From contig NC_135250.1 of assembly GCF_964204865.1 (NCBI RefSeq), positions 20,336,001-20,400,000 of the forward strand: 64,000 bases of DNA, given 5' to 3'. The stretch is from Styela clava. Lineage: Eukaryota. A program made the translations under genes and the position numbers. Below, piece after piece: positions 52,505 through 64,000 of the stretch. Below the pieces are notes generated by a model. That model worked only from the letters and a program-made list of their open reading frames with translations, did not search any database and was not told the origin of the DNA. Within the stretch, counting starts at the first letter, position 1. The number at the start of each line of letters is the position of its first letter.

Positions 52505-54544
52505 CTTTGGGAGAACAAGTTCCGACAGTTCAGAAGAACACAGCCCATTAAAATATCTATAAAATATTATTTCTCGAATTTTGTTCAAGAGGTTCAATAC
52601 GGTCACAGGAGCATCATCCCAAACACGACAGCAATACTCCACGCTTAGACGTATTATATTTTAATATAGAGACAATATCGAACTTTCTTGTAGGTAATTT
52701 ATATACTTATATGAAACGAGATTTGATTGAAAAAAAAGTATGTTTTTATATCAATTGCAAATGGCTCAATTTCATAATATATCATTGGCCATCGTTTGCT
52801 GTTTACAAAAATGGCCACATCGTTTAGACATGAAAGAATAGATTACACCAATAAACTGTGTGAAATTATAGATATTCTGATAACATCATGTGTTTGCGTA
52901 TAGAAATGTTTAATTAAGTAGAATAATTATGATAAAAATAATATTACTGATTTATTTTATAACTAGGACAAAGTTGAAACAACATTCAAAAGATTAATAT
53001 CGTTTTAATACATGCGGAACCAAATAATTTTGAGTTAAAATTAATAATGCAAAGAAAATTTTATTTTACGACCGTGTAACGAAACGTTTTGTAAAGACAA
53101 TTTTTCTAATGTGTAAATTTTGATATAAATATTGGCTTTCAATTAGAATCTAGCTAAGACTTCGTTAAAAATATTTAAAATATGTTAGAAACGTAAAATC
53201 TGAATAAAACCAAGAGCCATCAGCTAGATATTACACAAAAAAGTATTTTTAGTTATTAATGTTATAATTTGATTAAATTTTATCAATACCAAATATTGCA
53301 CAACTAACGAAAAATTAAATTAATTGTAGTGACATATTGATGAATATAATGAAAAATGAACAGGAAGTACGGATTGAAATAAAAATAATATATAAATATA
53401 AAAATTTATTTGTATTGACTTATGATTGCAATCAAACAATCACTTGTGAATCAAATTATGTAAGACATAAATTTTAGACAAGCGAATCTTTTCTGAATTG
53501 TATTAGAACAATGTTCAATTGTTAATTTACGGCACCAACCGAATATATTGAAGTTGTTGTCAACTTTGCGGTCATTTGTTTTTCATGTTAATGGTGGTGA
53601 CTACGTCAATCATATGGACCGCATTGTTGTCCGACTAAAAATACTTTTACATCAGGCGACTAAAAACACTTTTCGCATTGTTCAAATTTAATCATTCATC
53701 TTCTTACGAGTTCCTTCAACCAAATACACGAGAACGGATTACAGATTACAACCGTAATCAGATGTTACAGAGCGTGTTATTCAGGTGTATTCTTAGAATC
53801 TCTTTTATTTCCACGGAATTTTAAAATGCAAACTTTACGTACTCCTTCAAACAGACAAACACTCGCTTCTTCGCAAGTAATTTTACACCATTGTTACATT
53901 AAACAATTTTTCTTAGCACATTATTCAATACTTTAATGAGAAATCAGGTTCCGAAGATTAATAATTTTTCTGTTTTTTGTTTTGCTCTGATATAAATTAT
54001 ACTGATATAAAAATTATATATTACACTGATATAAAAAGTATTTAATCAAGTTTTTGTTGTCAAAGTCCAGTGAAAACGGCAACGAAATAATTTTCTTGAT
54101 TGTCCTCGAAATTCCGATATTATGAATTCCGTGTTATGAATCAAAAATATGAGTTGCATCAAATAGCTTTTACGCGGAGTTTGGCGACACAATCCAAAAC
54201 TTGGGTAGGGATTGCCTCGCATTATTTGTAAAATTAGACTAATTTGATTACATTGTGACTTTAGACACATGCTTCCATAATAATATACTTTTAAAAATAA
54301 ATGAGCTCAGTGAAATTCGTTGTATCAAATCATAATCATCAGCAGCGTCTAACCGCAATTCACGATCATATTCAAAACAAAATAAATACCATACTGCTCA
54401 CATCTGACTATATCCATATGTATAGTGATATTTTTCTAGATAGCAATGCTATAATTTTAACTCATCACTGCCAGCTAACGTCTAGAATCCATGAGGATGT
54501 GGGGTGAGATAAAATGACCAAGTATGACCTCAGACTTGTATAGT

Positions 54545-56540
54545 CAGGGATTCCATTGATCTGGAACCCGAAATAAGGACGACTGAAAAAATTTCTGCAT
54601 TGTGAGCAGAAATGGCTGGCTTGCCTATGGGCTCCAGGTAAATGTCACAATTACAGACGTCACAGTGTGCGAAGCACTCACCCTTCAAGCTTCGTTTAAC
54701 TTTGAATTCTTTCCCGTATTTCCCGTACAATAAAACTTTGGCGACAAGACAAACAACACAAAGCTTCCTTTATGACAGGGGTGGGCAACCTATTTCGGCT
54801 CGCGTGCCAAAATCGGCTAAATTTAATGATAAAATTCTTCTGCGTGCCGATCAAAATCAAAAACAATGCTTTGCTACTTACAGAGCAAAAAATGCACAAT
54901 AATAAACCTTTTAAACTTGTACAGACAGATTCACTATTCGGGAAAATATCAGTCCGACAAACAGATTTGATTACTTTTCTTATTCAATATCAGTGAGACT
55001 TCTGCTGCTGCATTACCGCTGATAGAGATTTTACATTGGGTTTATACATTGTACCTCTCTAAGAAATACAACAAACTACTGGTTTCATCTTTCAGGCTAC
55101 TCCTAATATGAGACTTAATAAAGTTCATAACTTAGAACAAAGGTTGACACGCATATGTGGAGCGTATGGACATATGGCATAAACATGGAGAGTAATGCAG
55201 TTACTAATTTTTTTAAGACACGAAAAATTTTCTGGAATGACATCCCAATCACGCAATCGACGCAACCACAGGTTAAATTGTAGACAATTAAATTAATAAA
55301 CCAATACATTTAAATATGCCCGTATCAGCAATGGATTGATTACTTTGAACAACAGAAAAATCATTACTATCCGTTAAAAAAGTCGTCCCGCGGTGATTTC
55401 TCGGCGATTAATTTGTATTTTTGATTTACTAATATACTTTATATGTATTGAATTGTACTCAACGGGATTTTTCATATCAGATCTTGGGATTTTTCTGACG
55501 GTGTATCAAAACTAAATACAACAATAAGGCAGTTTGCCGCATATTTTTACGGCAACAGATTGACGTGACATTTTAGAGTGGTAATGTTTATGTTTTGACG
55601 CAAGAAGACTGTGAGTTTCGTTGGACACAATTAAATTAATATAAAAATAAATTACAGATTTTCGTAGTTGTCATGAATTGAATATTTTACGGGACAGAAA
55701 AGTCGGTATACGCTGAAAAACTCGACTCTCTTAACAAGCGCGTAATCACGGCGACTGTTTCATAAAAGAATGCGAATTTCCAATTTCAAAATTTTTCCTA
55801 TTTGAAAATCCTGACTGCGCGCCTGGTTACGTGAATCACTATCGATCAAATCACCGACTTCGGTACGATTAATGACCAGCAAACAAATGCATATCTCACA
55901 TTGAATAGCATCACCTTTGTTTTTGAATGTATTGTTAACATAAATTTTCTAACGCGTATAATTTATTACATAAGCTTAGTTCGTTTGTATGAGGTGGTCC
56001 CCCAAAATTTTGGTCAGGCTTTCCCCGTCCATCAACTTGAAAAAAGTTGCCGATCACTGCTCTAACCAGCATGAGTTGTACAACTTCATAAATTGGGCAG
56101 AAATGAAGAAGATGGTGGCACAAACAAAAAATATTACGTAAGAATGTAGCCAAACGCATGCTGCGCTCTTCTCGACAAAATTTCTTGAGAGCTCACTCAT
56201 TTGTTACGTCATAATATATTTCTTTGTAGTCATATGTCATGAAATAACGAAAAGAGTTAAATAAATAACGGATTGTTTACGAACCCTAATGAATAAACAA
56301 ACATCTAGTTTCATCAGATAATTCAGAGCCTTGAAACTTTTTATCTCAAGGAGAATGATCTCGTTTCCGAACCTCGCTCGCGTGCTGAATAAATGGGCTC
56401 GCGTGTCAAGTTTGGCACGCGTGCCAGGGGTTGCCCACCCCTGCTTTATGAAGTACAAAAAAGACAAAATAAGGACACGCAAGCCAAAAATAAGGACGCA
56501 AGCTAAAAATAAAATAAAAATAAGGACAAACCTTAGAAAT
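54545..56540 (-). mobile_element. Decayed DNA transposon (hAT-like) with BED-like zinc-finger remnant
   Basis: Block absent from paralogous flanks; AAATAAGGAC subterminal repeats at both ends; KRSLKGECFAHCDVCNCDIYLEPIGKPAISAH at ~54600-54700. Confidence 0.6.
54776..56443. mobile_element. Nested non-autonomous hAT element
   Basis: Perfect TIRs CAGGGGTGGGCAACC / GGTTGCCCACCCCTG and 8-bp TSD CTTTATGA. Confidence 0.92.
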
Positions 56541-56714
56541 GCAATTGAAGTGCAATTGGTCGGCGAGAAATATGACTCTGATCAGTTACTGATAAACTTT
56601 GCGTGTATATGCGTGCTTATAAAGCATTATACCGTTATGACTCGGACATGACGTATTAATGTAATACTGATCCTAGGAATATTGCACTCTGATCCGTCAA
56701 ATAAAAATAATAAA

Positions 56715-57375
56715 ATGCCAAATACATATTTAATAGCTAAATGTCTTAACTCACCTAATTGCCAAAAAGGCACATTCATCGCTAAATGGCTCAACTTACA
56801 TAATCACCACTGCCTCACCTAATAGACAAAAACATATTCAATTGGCAAATGCCTAAACTTACTTAATCATATTTAATCGCTAAATGCCTTAGCTCCCTCA
56901 ATCCCCACTGCCTTACTAAATCGTCAAAAACATATTCAATTGCTAAATGCGTTACCTTATTTAATCGCCACTGTTTCGCCTGATCGCCAAAAATACATTT
57001 AATTAACTTACTTAATCGCTACCTCTTACTTAATCGTAAATGCCTTAACCTACTTAACCACCAAAAGCACATTCAATCGCTGAAGGCCTTAAGATACTTT
57101 ATCGCCGTTTCCTCAATTATTTGTCAAAAAGTATATTCATTCACTAAATGACTTACTGAATCGCCAAAAACATATTTAGGTAATCGCTAAATGCGTTATC
57201 TTGCTCAATCTCTACTGCCTCACTTAATCGCCAAAAACAAATTCAATTGCTAAATGCCTGAACGTACTTAATCGCCACTGTCTTACCTAATAGACAAAAA
57301 GCATATTTAATCGTTAAATGACTCAATTTACTTAATTGCTAAAAATATAAATTTAATCGCTAAATGCGTTAACAA
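56715..57375. repeat. Complex minisatellite, same family as 10975-11700
   Basis: Same three unit types, same orientation. Confidence 0.9.
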
Positions 57376-57384
57376 TACTCGTAT

Positions 57385-58720
57385 AAATGTCGATTAAGAA
57401 CAATTATCATCATTTTATATTTAATATTATTAAAATATAGATATGGCGAGTCACCTGCGTTTGCCAACACTTCCGAAAATTTCAAAGGAATATGACGATT
57501 TACCCTTTGACTGAGGAATCGCTAGTGAAATTACCAATATGCTTGTTAATAATGCTAGAACATTTGTAACCTACTAAAATATAACTTACCATCAAGAGCA
57601 TTGAATGTGAACACGTCAGCCGACTTATCCGTTTTTTTGAAATAACTATACAAAGTAATACAAAATATAAAGTTATTCTCAAGGAGTAAATGGTACTTGG
57701 ACAAAAATTCGCTTTATGGTAAACTGAAATTGTATTCAATAATTAGCTGAATAACTAACAGAAATTAATTTTGTAATGGATTGTGGAATCGTAAATTTCA
57801 AAGTTTAATAAAATTGGTTTTCATCTGCTGATATGCTCTTAATTGATGATTCGCAAATATTTCGGTGGGTATGACGAGAATGAGGGTGAAATAAGCAGCT
57901 TTTTGTTAGAGAAAATACGTCGCCAGGAACAATACAAAAAACTTTACCAAATATATATTGTATACGCTAGATTAACGATTAACCCCCCGTATTGCAAGTA
58001 CTTTAATAACTAAGAACTTCCATGTACTGTACATCCAGTGTTCTTAAAATATATCAAGTACGACTTTGCAGACAGTATGAAGTATTTATCTAGTGATGTT
58101 TTTATTTGAATTAATTAACTAAGTTAACATGCATATTTGTAATACATGTGATGTGATCTTAAGTGAGTCTAAATCTAAAGTCTGAATCTATAACCACATA
58201 TTGAATAATAATAAATTATTTTCACACAAAATAATATAATACTCATATCATAATATTTTATCTCTAGAAAATATGTAATATTCACCTGAATTGTTGATTG
58301 AAGGTCGACCAAATGCTTGTATAGAGTGGCACTTGGTTTATTGCCTACAGATATTCTGTATGAAACGTGTGTATATATCAAATCATGCTCCTTTAAAACA
58401 AAATATCGCAGTATACCCAATTCATTAATAAGTATATTAGATTAAAGATGACTATTCAAGAATCTTGAATCAAATAGAATACTTATTTATCTTAGAAGTA
58501 TTTGTGGATCGACCAAACCTTTGAAAAACATACATTTATTCGAAAGAGTTTAGTGTGACTGCTGAAATGTCGACAATAAACATTTATTGTTTCTACAAAA
58601 TAAATTTATCTCATATATACGTGAATAGTAACAACACGATATCTTGGAATGACATTGTAATAAAGACCAACGTTATTTAATAAATCAGCCGGCGTTTCAA
58701 TCACATAGACATCCACGTAA
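57385..58720 (-). pseudogene. Inverted partial copy of gene B 3' region (stalk, TM, cytoplasmic exons)
   Basis: Reverse complement of ~49410-51080; the TM exon homolog at 57948-58042 carries a +1 frameshift in a G-run. Confidence 0.8.
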
Positions 58721-58784
58721 TATATATTTTTTGTTCGCGACGGTATTGAGACTGAATTCATATAACACGTTAACATCTGCTTAC

Positions 58785-61700
58785 TGACTAAATACTGTTA
58801 ATCTAACAATGCTGAAAAGCAATAAACATTCTGGGAGAAATACATGTATAACCGTAAAAGAATCAAACACATTTTGTGTTTCATTGGTTGGTGCATTTGA
58901 GAATAAATAAACCGAAGAATACTACTAGATGAATTAGAAAAAGCTTAGACCTGGATTTACTAATTGGTAATACTTTATATTACTTTTTGATTTTAAATTG
59001 TCTCCAACCCTGTTTAATATTGTGTGTGTTTTTTAACTTTGAAGGGCTGAGACTGAACCAACTGACTACCGTTATACAGTATAAGTGTATGTTACTTACG
59101 TGTATTCTGATTTGAAGTGGTTTGGTCCGCAATATCCCTACACTCCAACTGGATTCATATGTCGAACTAGTAAGTTAATATTATTGATGTAAGAAGATTT
59201 TGTGTACATAATATAAATTTTAATGTTAATGCTTTTTAATTTTCAATTTTATGTTAATAATTTTAGGTCGTTATTGGTGTTTTTTTTCTTTCATGATAGT
59301 AGGATATAAAAAACATCGATCAGAGGTTGGGATTCTTCAACGAGGATCGCTTGTTTTTGAACAATTTCAATAGCGCAGTTGAATTTTATACGTGATATTT
59401 AAAAATATTTGTCATTTGTAGCAATGTTCTCTGACTAGTAAATTACTATTACAGAGTATAGATTTTAGTACTGTAATGTAAACACTTATTCTACATTGCA
59501 ATGATGCAGTAATTGACACTTCAACCGTGGTACTACGCTGAATTTTCTTTTGGAGATACAAACTCTACAAACACAAGCGTTGAAACTATGACCTATTGGG
59601 ACGCACAGAAAATGTGAAAAAAGAATCAAAGTAGAATTGTAGACATTGTAAACGACAGGGCATTCTTTGAGATTCGTAAAAAGTGTGCCAGGTATTTCAA
59701 CTTTTCCCTAATGCTTTCTTTACGTATCGGGCAATTTCTGTTGTTTATTACATGGCGAAAATATCTGATATCATATATATTCAATATATATGTGATAAAC
59801 TATTGAATACTCCCCAAATATTTTAGAAATTTTTTATGCTTTCATCTGTATTATGGGTACGAGTATTAATAAAAACTCTTTTCAATAATAACTCGGCCTC
59901 CGATTAACAACATTGACGTAGCGTAGCTGAGATACGAGCCGCGTCTGTATTCATGGCAAATTTTCGCTCATAAAATAGATAATTAGGATTATATTTTTTA
60001 AACCCCAATTTAACAAGAATGAAAAGAAAACATTGAAACTTTTGTAACTCTCATTTAGTGATAGGATAGGATTCACATATTTATCCAGGGGGAGAGGAAA
60101 GCCGATTAGACGGCCCAACCATGTGCCGAACCACGCCGGCCTCTCGTCCGGTTACCATTTCATGTCGGGTATGTGATTAGTTAGTTATTTGTTTTCGGAA
60201 GCATGGACTTAATGGTGGAAGGAGCCCTAAACGACCAGCGGTTACGAGAACCCCATTACGGCGGCGAGAAGTTCAGCAACCCTCTCGCACTTGACCATTC
60301 ATATATGGGATTCGGAACCTGTGAACCCACACAGAGTAATCAGAGGTGCGTTGGCGAGCGTATTCCTAACGCTTTTAGCACGATGAGCCACACCGCGGCG
60401 CCACTAAAGTATTGGATACGAAAAAGTGAAAACTTCAGAGACTGTTTAATTATGAGATGGTCTATCTACGTTATGTAATCTGCAAAGGTTATATGAAGTC
60501 AGTCCTGCAAACGTTGCGAGCAAAAAATTATATTACGTAAAAGCCTATGTAATTGAAACGCCGGCTGATTTTCTAAATAACATTAGTCTATATTACAATG
60601 TCATTCTGTAAGCTATGATGTTTTCACTGTTCACGCATATTTGAAATGAATTATTGGATTTTGTATAAACAATAAATGTTGATTGACGACATTTCAGCAA
60701 TCTCATTGAACTATTACGAATGAATGCATTTGTGTTCAGAGGCTTGGTCGATCCGCAAATACTTCGAAAATGTATAAGTTTTCGATTTGATTCAAGGGTC
60801 ATGAATAGTCATCTTGCTTCTTGCTAAGGCATCGCTTTATTACAATCACACTGATTTATTTGCGCAGAGGAATAAAGCAAGGAAAGGTCGCTTAACATCG
60901 ACTGAAAGTGTTGAGCTAAATAAGTATGTGATATTTGTGCGCCATAAAAAAATCGGTACTCCCGTAGTGTATGTACCAGGTCAGAGTTAGGCCCTAATTT
61001 TATTCTGATTTTTTCTATTTTATTTCTATTACGATCTACTTCTATTACAGTCGGGGACTGTCTGTGTTAGCCCAGTGAATTCACTTGTTGCTCATAAATT
61101 TCAGTCCCCTTACACAACGTGATAACGTGATGTAAAGTAGGCGAACAAAATTAGTTACCTCCATATTGGTATATACACTTCTGGAGCGCCATAAAATCAA
61201 ATATATTGTAATATTTTGATTGAAAATAAGATTACTTGAAAAACACTTTTCATACAGAATATCTGAAAGCAATAAACCAAGTGCCGCTCTACCATCATTT
61301 GGTCGACCTTCAATCAACAATTTAGGTGAATATTACCTATTTTCTAGAAATAAATTATTTTTACATATTTATACGTACAGATCACATCACATGTAACACA
61401 GATATGAATATTAACTTAATTATTTACTTCAAATAAACTCTCTTCAAATTTTACTCTCTAGCGATAACTTTACATTTATTTATATAGTCATTTCAATAAA
61501 ACAACGAAGTCAGCTGATGTATTCACATTCATTGCTCTCGATGGTAAGTTATATTTTAGTAGGTTACAAATATTCTAGCCCAATAGCAAGCACATCGGCA
61601 GTTTCAGTAGTGATTCCTCAATCAAAGAGTAAACCGTCTAAATTCTCTAAAATTTTAGGAAGTGTTTGCAAACGCTCGTCGTATCTATCTCCATATTATT

Positions 61701-62170
61701 AAATATTTTAATGATGATAATTATTCTTCATCGACATTTGTTGGAGTATTGTTAAATAAGGTACTCAAACACAGCGTTTACATTGCTCATGATATTCTAT
61801 ATATATATATATATTTATTTCAGGAACAGCATATGCAAAAAATGTGACGCCGGATGCAAAATAATGCAAAAAAAAAGAAAATAGATTTATTTTTGTCTTC
61901 AGTATGATGAATAAAACAGTGTTGTGCTAAAAAATTGTGTTGATTTCGTATGTGTCAAAATTATTTTGTTTCTTTTATGACAAATAAAAAGAAAAATCAG
62001 TAGCGTATGTATGATATCTAAGAAGCAATTTGGAAATACTACAGAAAAATACATTGTAACAAATCTCGTCAAAATATAAAAGATCCTCTATCCAGTAAAT
62101 TTTAAAGTGACAAGCAACGCCTTAAAATCTCATTAAAAATAAATTAATTATTCAAGAAAAAGGAATTGAG
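58785..62170 (+). pseudogene. Pseudogene C: copy of gene B exons 3-6 and 3' exons; Ig and TM exons missing
   Basis: Homologous to 47163-48550 and 49410-51490; stops (TGG>TAG in exon 3, TGC>TGA in exon 5), a SINE in exon 6, and deletions. Confidence 0.88.
60061..60402 (-). mobile_element. tRNA-derived SINE inserted in pseudogene exon 6
   Basis: Minus strand begins GGCGCCGCGGTGTGGCTCATCGTGCTAAAAGCG (A-box-like), has GGTTCCGAATCCC (B-box-like) and ends in (ATCCT)n; absent from gene B exon 6. Confidence 0.8.
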
Positions 62171-62626
62171 CCAATGGATGAATTTCAGCTACAGTGTAAA
62201 GTCTTATTTAAAGCTAAATGGAAAAATGATGTTATATTTATTATATGAAATATCATATTTATTCCAAGGAGAGTAAAAGTTCATCAGTATCGATATTCAA
62301 AATTTCGCTAAAAAATATTTTATGTCTCTTCATCGCTTATACAATATTAAAAATTATATATTATATTGTATAAATATTATACAATATTATTAAAATTAGA
62401 CAAATAAAAAAAATGTGTATTTCAAAATGTTATCATTATTCGTAATGGAAAAACGTCTCCACTTCAAAATTATTGCTAATTTTATTTTTAGTCCATTTTA
62501 TTTAAATGAATTTATTCATATTAACATTGACTATATATACTAAAGTTTAAACCTAAACAATAAACAATACTAATGTTTATTAATTGGGATATTGAAATCT
62601 TAAAACCAAACCCACTTAATTCACAA

Positions 62627-62960
62627 GCACAAGAGAACCATGCTCAAATATAGGATAGACACGAAGACCGAAACAAAATAGTACGGGTATGCATTCTGTC
62701 ACAGTAGACTACCGGTAACGCCTGACTACCAGATCGCTAACGCGAAGGCGGAACCGCCACGAGGTGCGCAATTTTTGTGTTTGACGTCAACGCACACACA
62801 ATAAAGAGAATTCCTTGTAAGCCCACAGATATTTTTGAAATAAAAAAAAGGAATATTCCTCTAGAAATCTAGAGTACGCTTTTTTCCTGCCAACAATAAT
62901 TAAAAAAGAATTGTAAAACGATGACAAAACGATCTGTAAGTCCATTTCGTGTCCAATAAA
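62627..62960. mobile_element. HINE-like element, family 2
   Basis: ACAAGAGAACCATGCTCAAATAT...GACACGAAG and TTCGTGTCCAATAA subterminal inverted repeats. Confidence 0.65.
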
Positions 62961-64000
62961 CGTTTATAAAGACATATCACATCCAATATGCTAAGGTTAC
63001 ATTCATCACAAAATCGTAGTTAGAGAAAAGTCATAAGCTATTCAGGTATTAGAAGCTGCATTGGAAATAGCAATAACCGAGTATTTGCAAGCGAGAGCTG
63101 ACTAAATAAAAGCGATATATATTGTATGAGAGCAATATAAAAAAGAACGGCTGCGAGTTTGTAACAAACTTGAGTATCCCGTAAAAAGCCTGTTTTCGGC
63201 AAGCTATATTATTCTTCAAATTATTTGTACTTTTTCATTGATATTGGGATCAATTGTCAATTTTTGTTTTCTAATCACCATTGTCCATGGCATACACTTC
63301 ATAGACTTTTGATTGCAGTCAAAAAATGATTATTATTCGGTCAGTGTCGTGTACTAATAATGATCTACAATTGGTAATTTTGCGCGTGAAAATTGCCATG
63401 ACGTTATCGTATTGAATTCGATCAAGCCAAGAAATTACACGCCTTGAGTAAAGTGAGTTCGACGCCGGAAATAATTGGCGAAAGAAAAACACATCGATCG
63501 CTTTGAGATTTGCAAAAGTGCTATTTGTTATTTGAGTTTTGCGAACGAATCTTGCTCTGTATTGTGCAGTGAGTTGACGATTTAGAATGGAATCGTTGTG
63601 GAGATTTGTGATTGTTTTGAATCTGCTGGTTATCACGTGTGGAAAAGAGGTAGGATTATAACTAAAATCTTTGCCAAGACCACATTTTGGCTAGCCTTGC
63701 TAAAGTCAAATATCGTAATTAAACATATTTATTCGATTTTCCGCGAAGCCTATGAGATGAGCCATTATTGTACTTTATTTATTGCATTGACAACCTCACT
63801 GTATTATTTAATTTCACTACCGGCAACAACAGAACAGTGAAAGTGTTATTATTTCTATTGACATTGTCATGTTAAGCTAGCCTTACATAACTGAGTCATG
63901 CTCGCGCGCGAAGCTAGCAAGCAGCAAAATACGAACACTTGGGAAAGAATGACATCATTCTTACGCCATGCCATATGTTGTAAATATCTTCCCAAATCAA

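Noticed and set aside
57948-58042. Activating-type TM with Lys/Arg (FLVIKVLAIRG) suggesting paired receptors
   Set aside because: The exon is frameshifted and has no upstream ectodomain exons, so the charges may be neutral decay.
60300-60402. tRNA gene
   Set aside because: A- and B-box-like motifs are too widely spaced, no clean cloverleaf, and the sequence continues into a SINE body.

Overview
AT-rich, intron-containing animal genomic DNA. A tunicate or other marine invertebrate is my inference from gene and repeat content, not proven. The first ~19 kb is a stack of nested transposable elements: a decayed Ty3/gypsy element (LTRs 1169-1383 and 7038-7251, TSD CAAAT), two TTAA-flanked Kolobok-type non-autonomous DNA elements, a THAP-bearing foldback element, a CR1/L2-like LINE relic, Helentron-associated (HINE/DINE-1-like) elements, and a young non-autonomous LTR element with unusual TATA...TATA LTR ends. 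From ~19.4 kb to ~62.2 kb lies a cluster of multi-exon receptor genes that the ORF track mostly misses. Manual splicing gives signal peptide - C-type lectin domain - compact second C-type lectin domain - I-set Ig domain - stalk - transmembrane helix - short tail. Two divergent, apparently open genes (A 35715-~39509, B 46458-51178) are surrounded by at least four pseudogene or partial copies in direct and inverted segmental duplications. These include a large imperfect palindrome whose spacer holds the only 5' exons of gene A. All gene models were spliced by eye and need RNA evidence.
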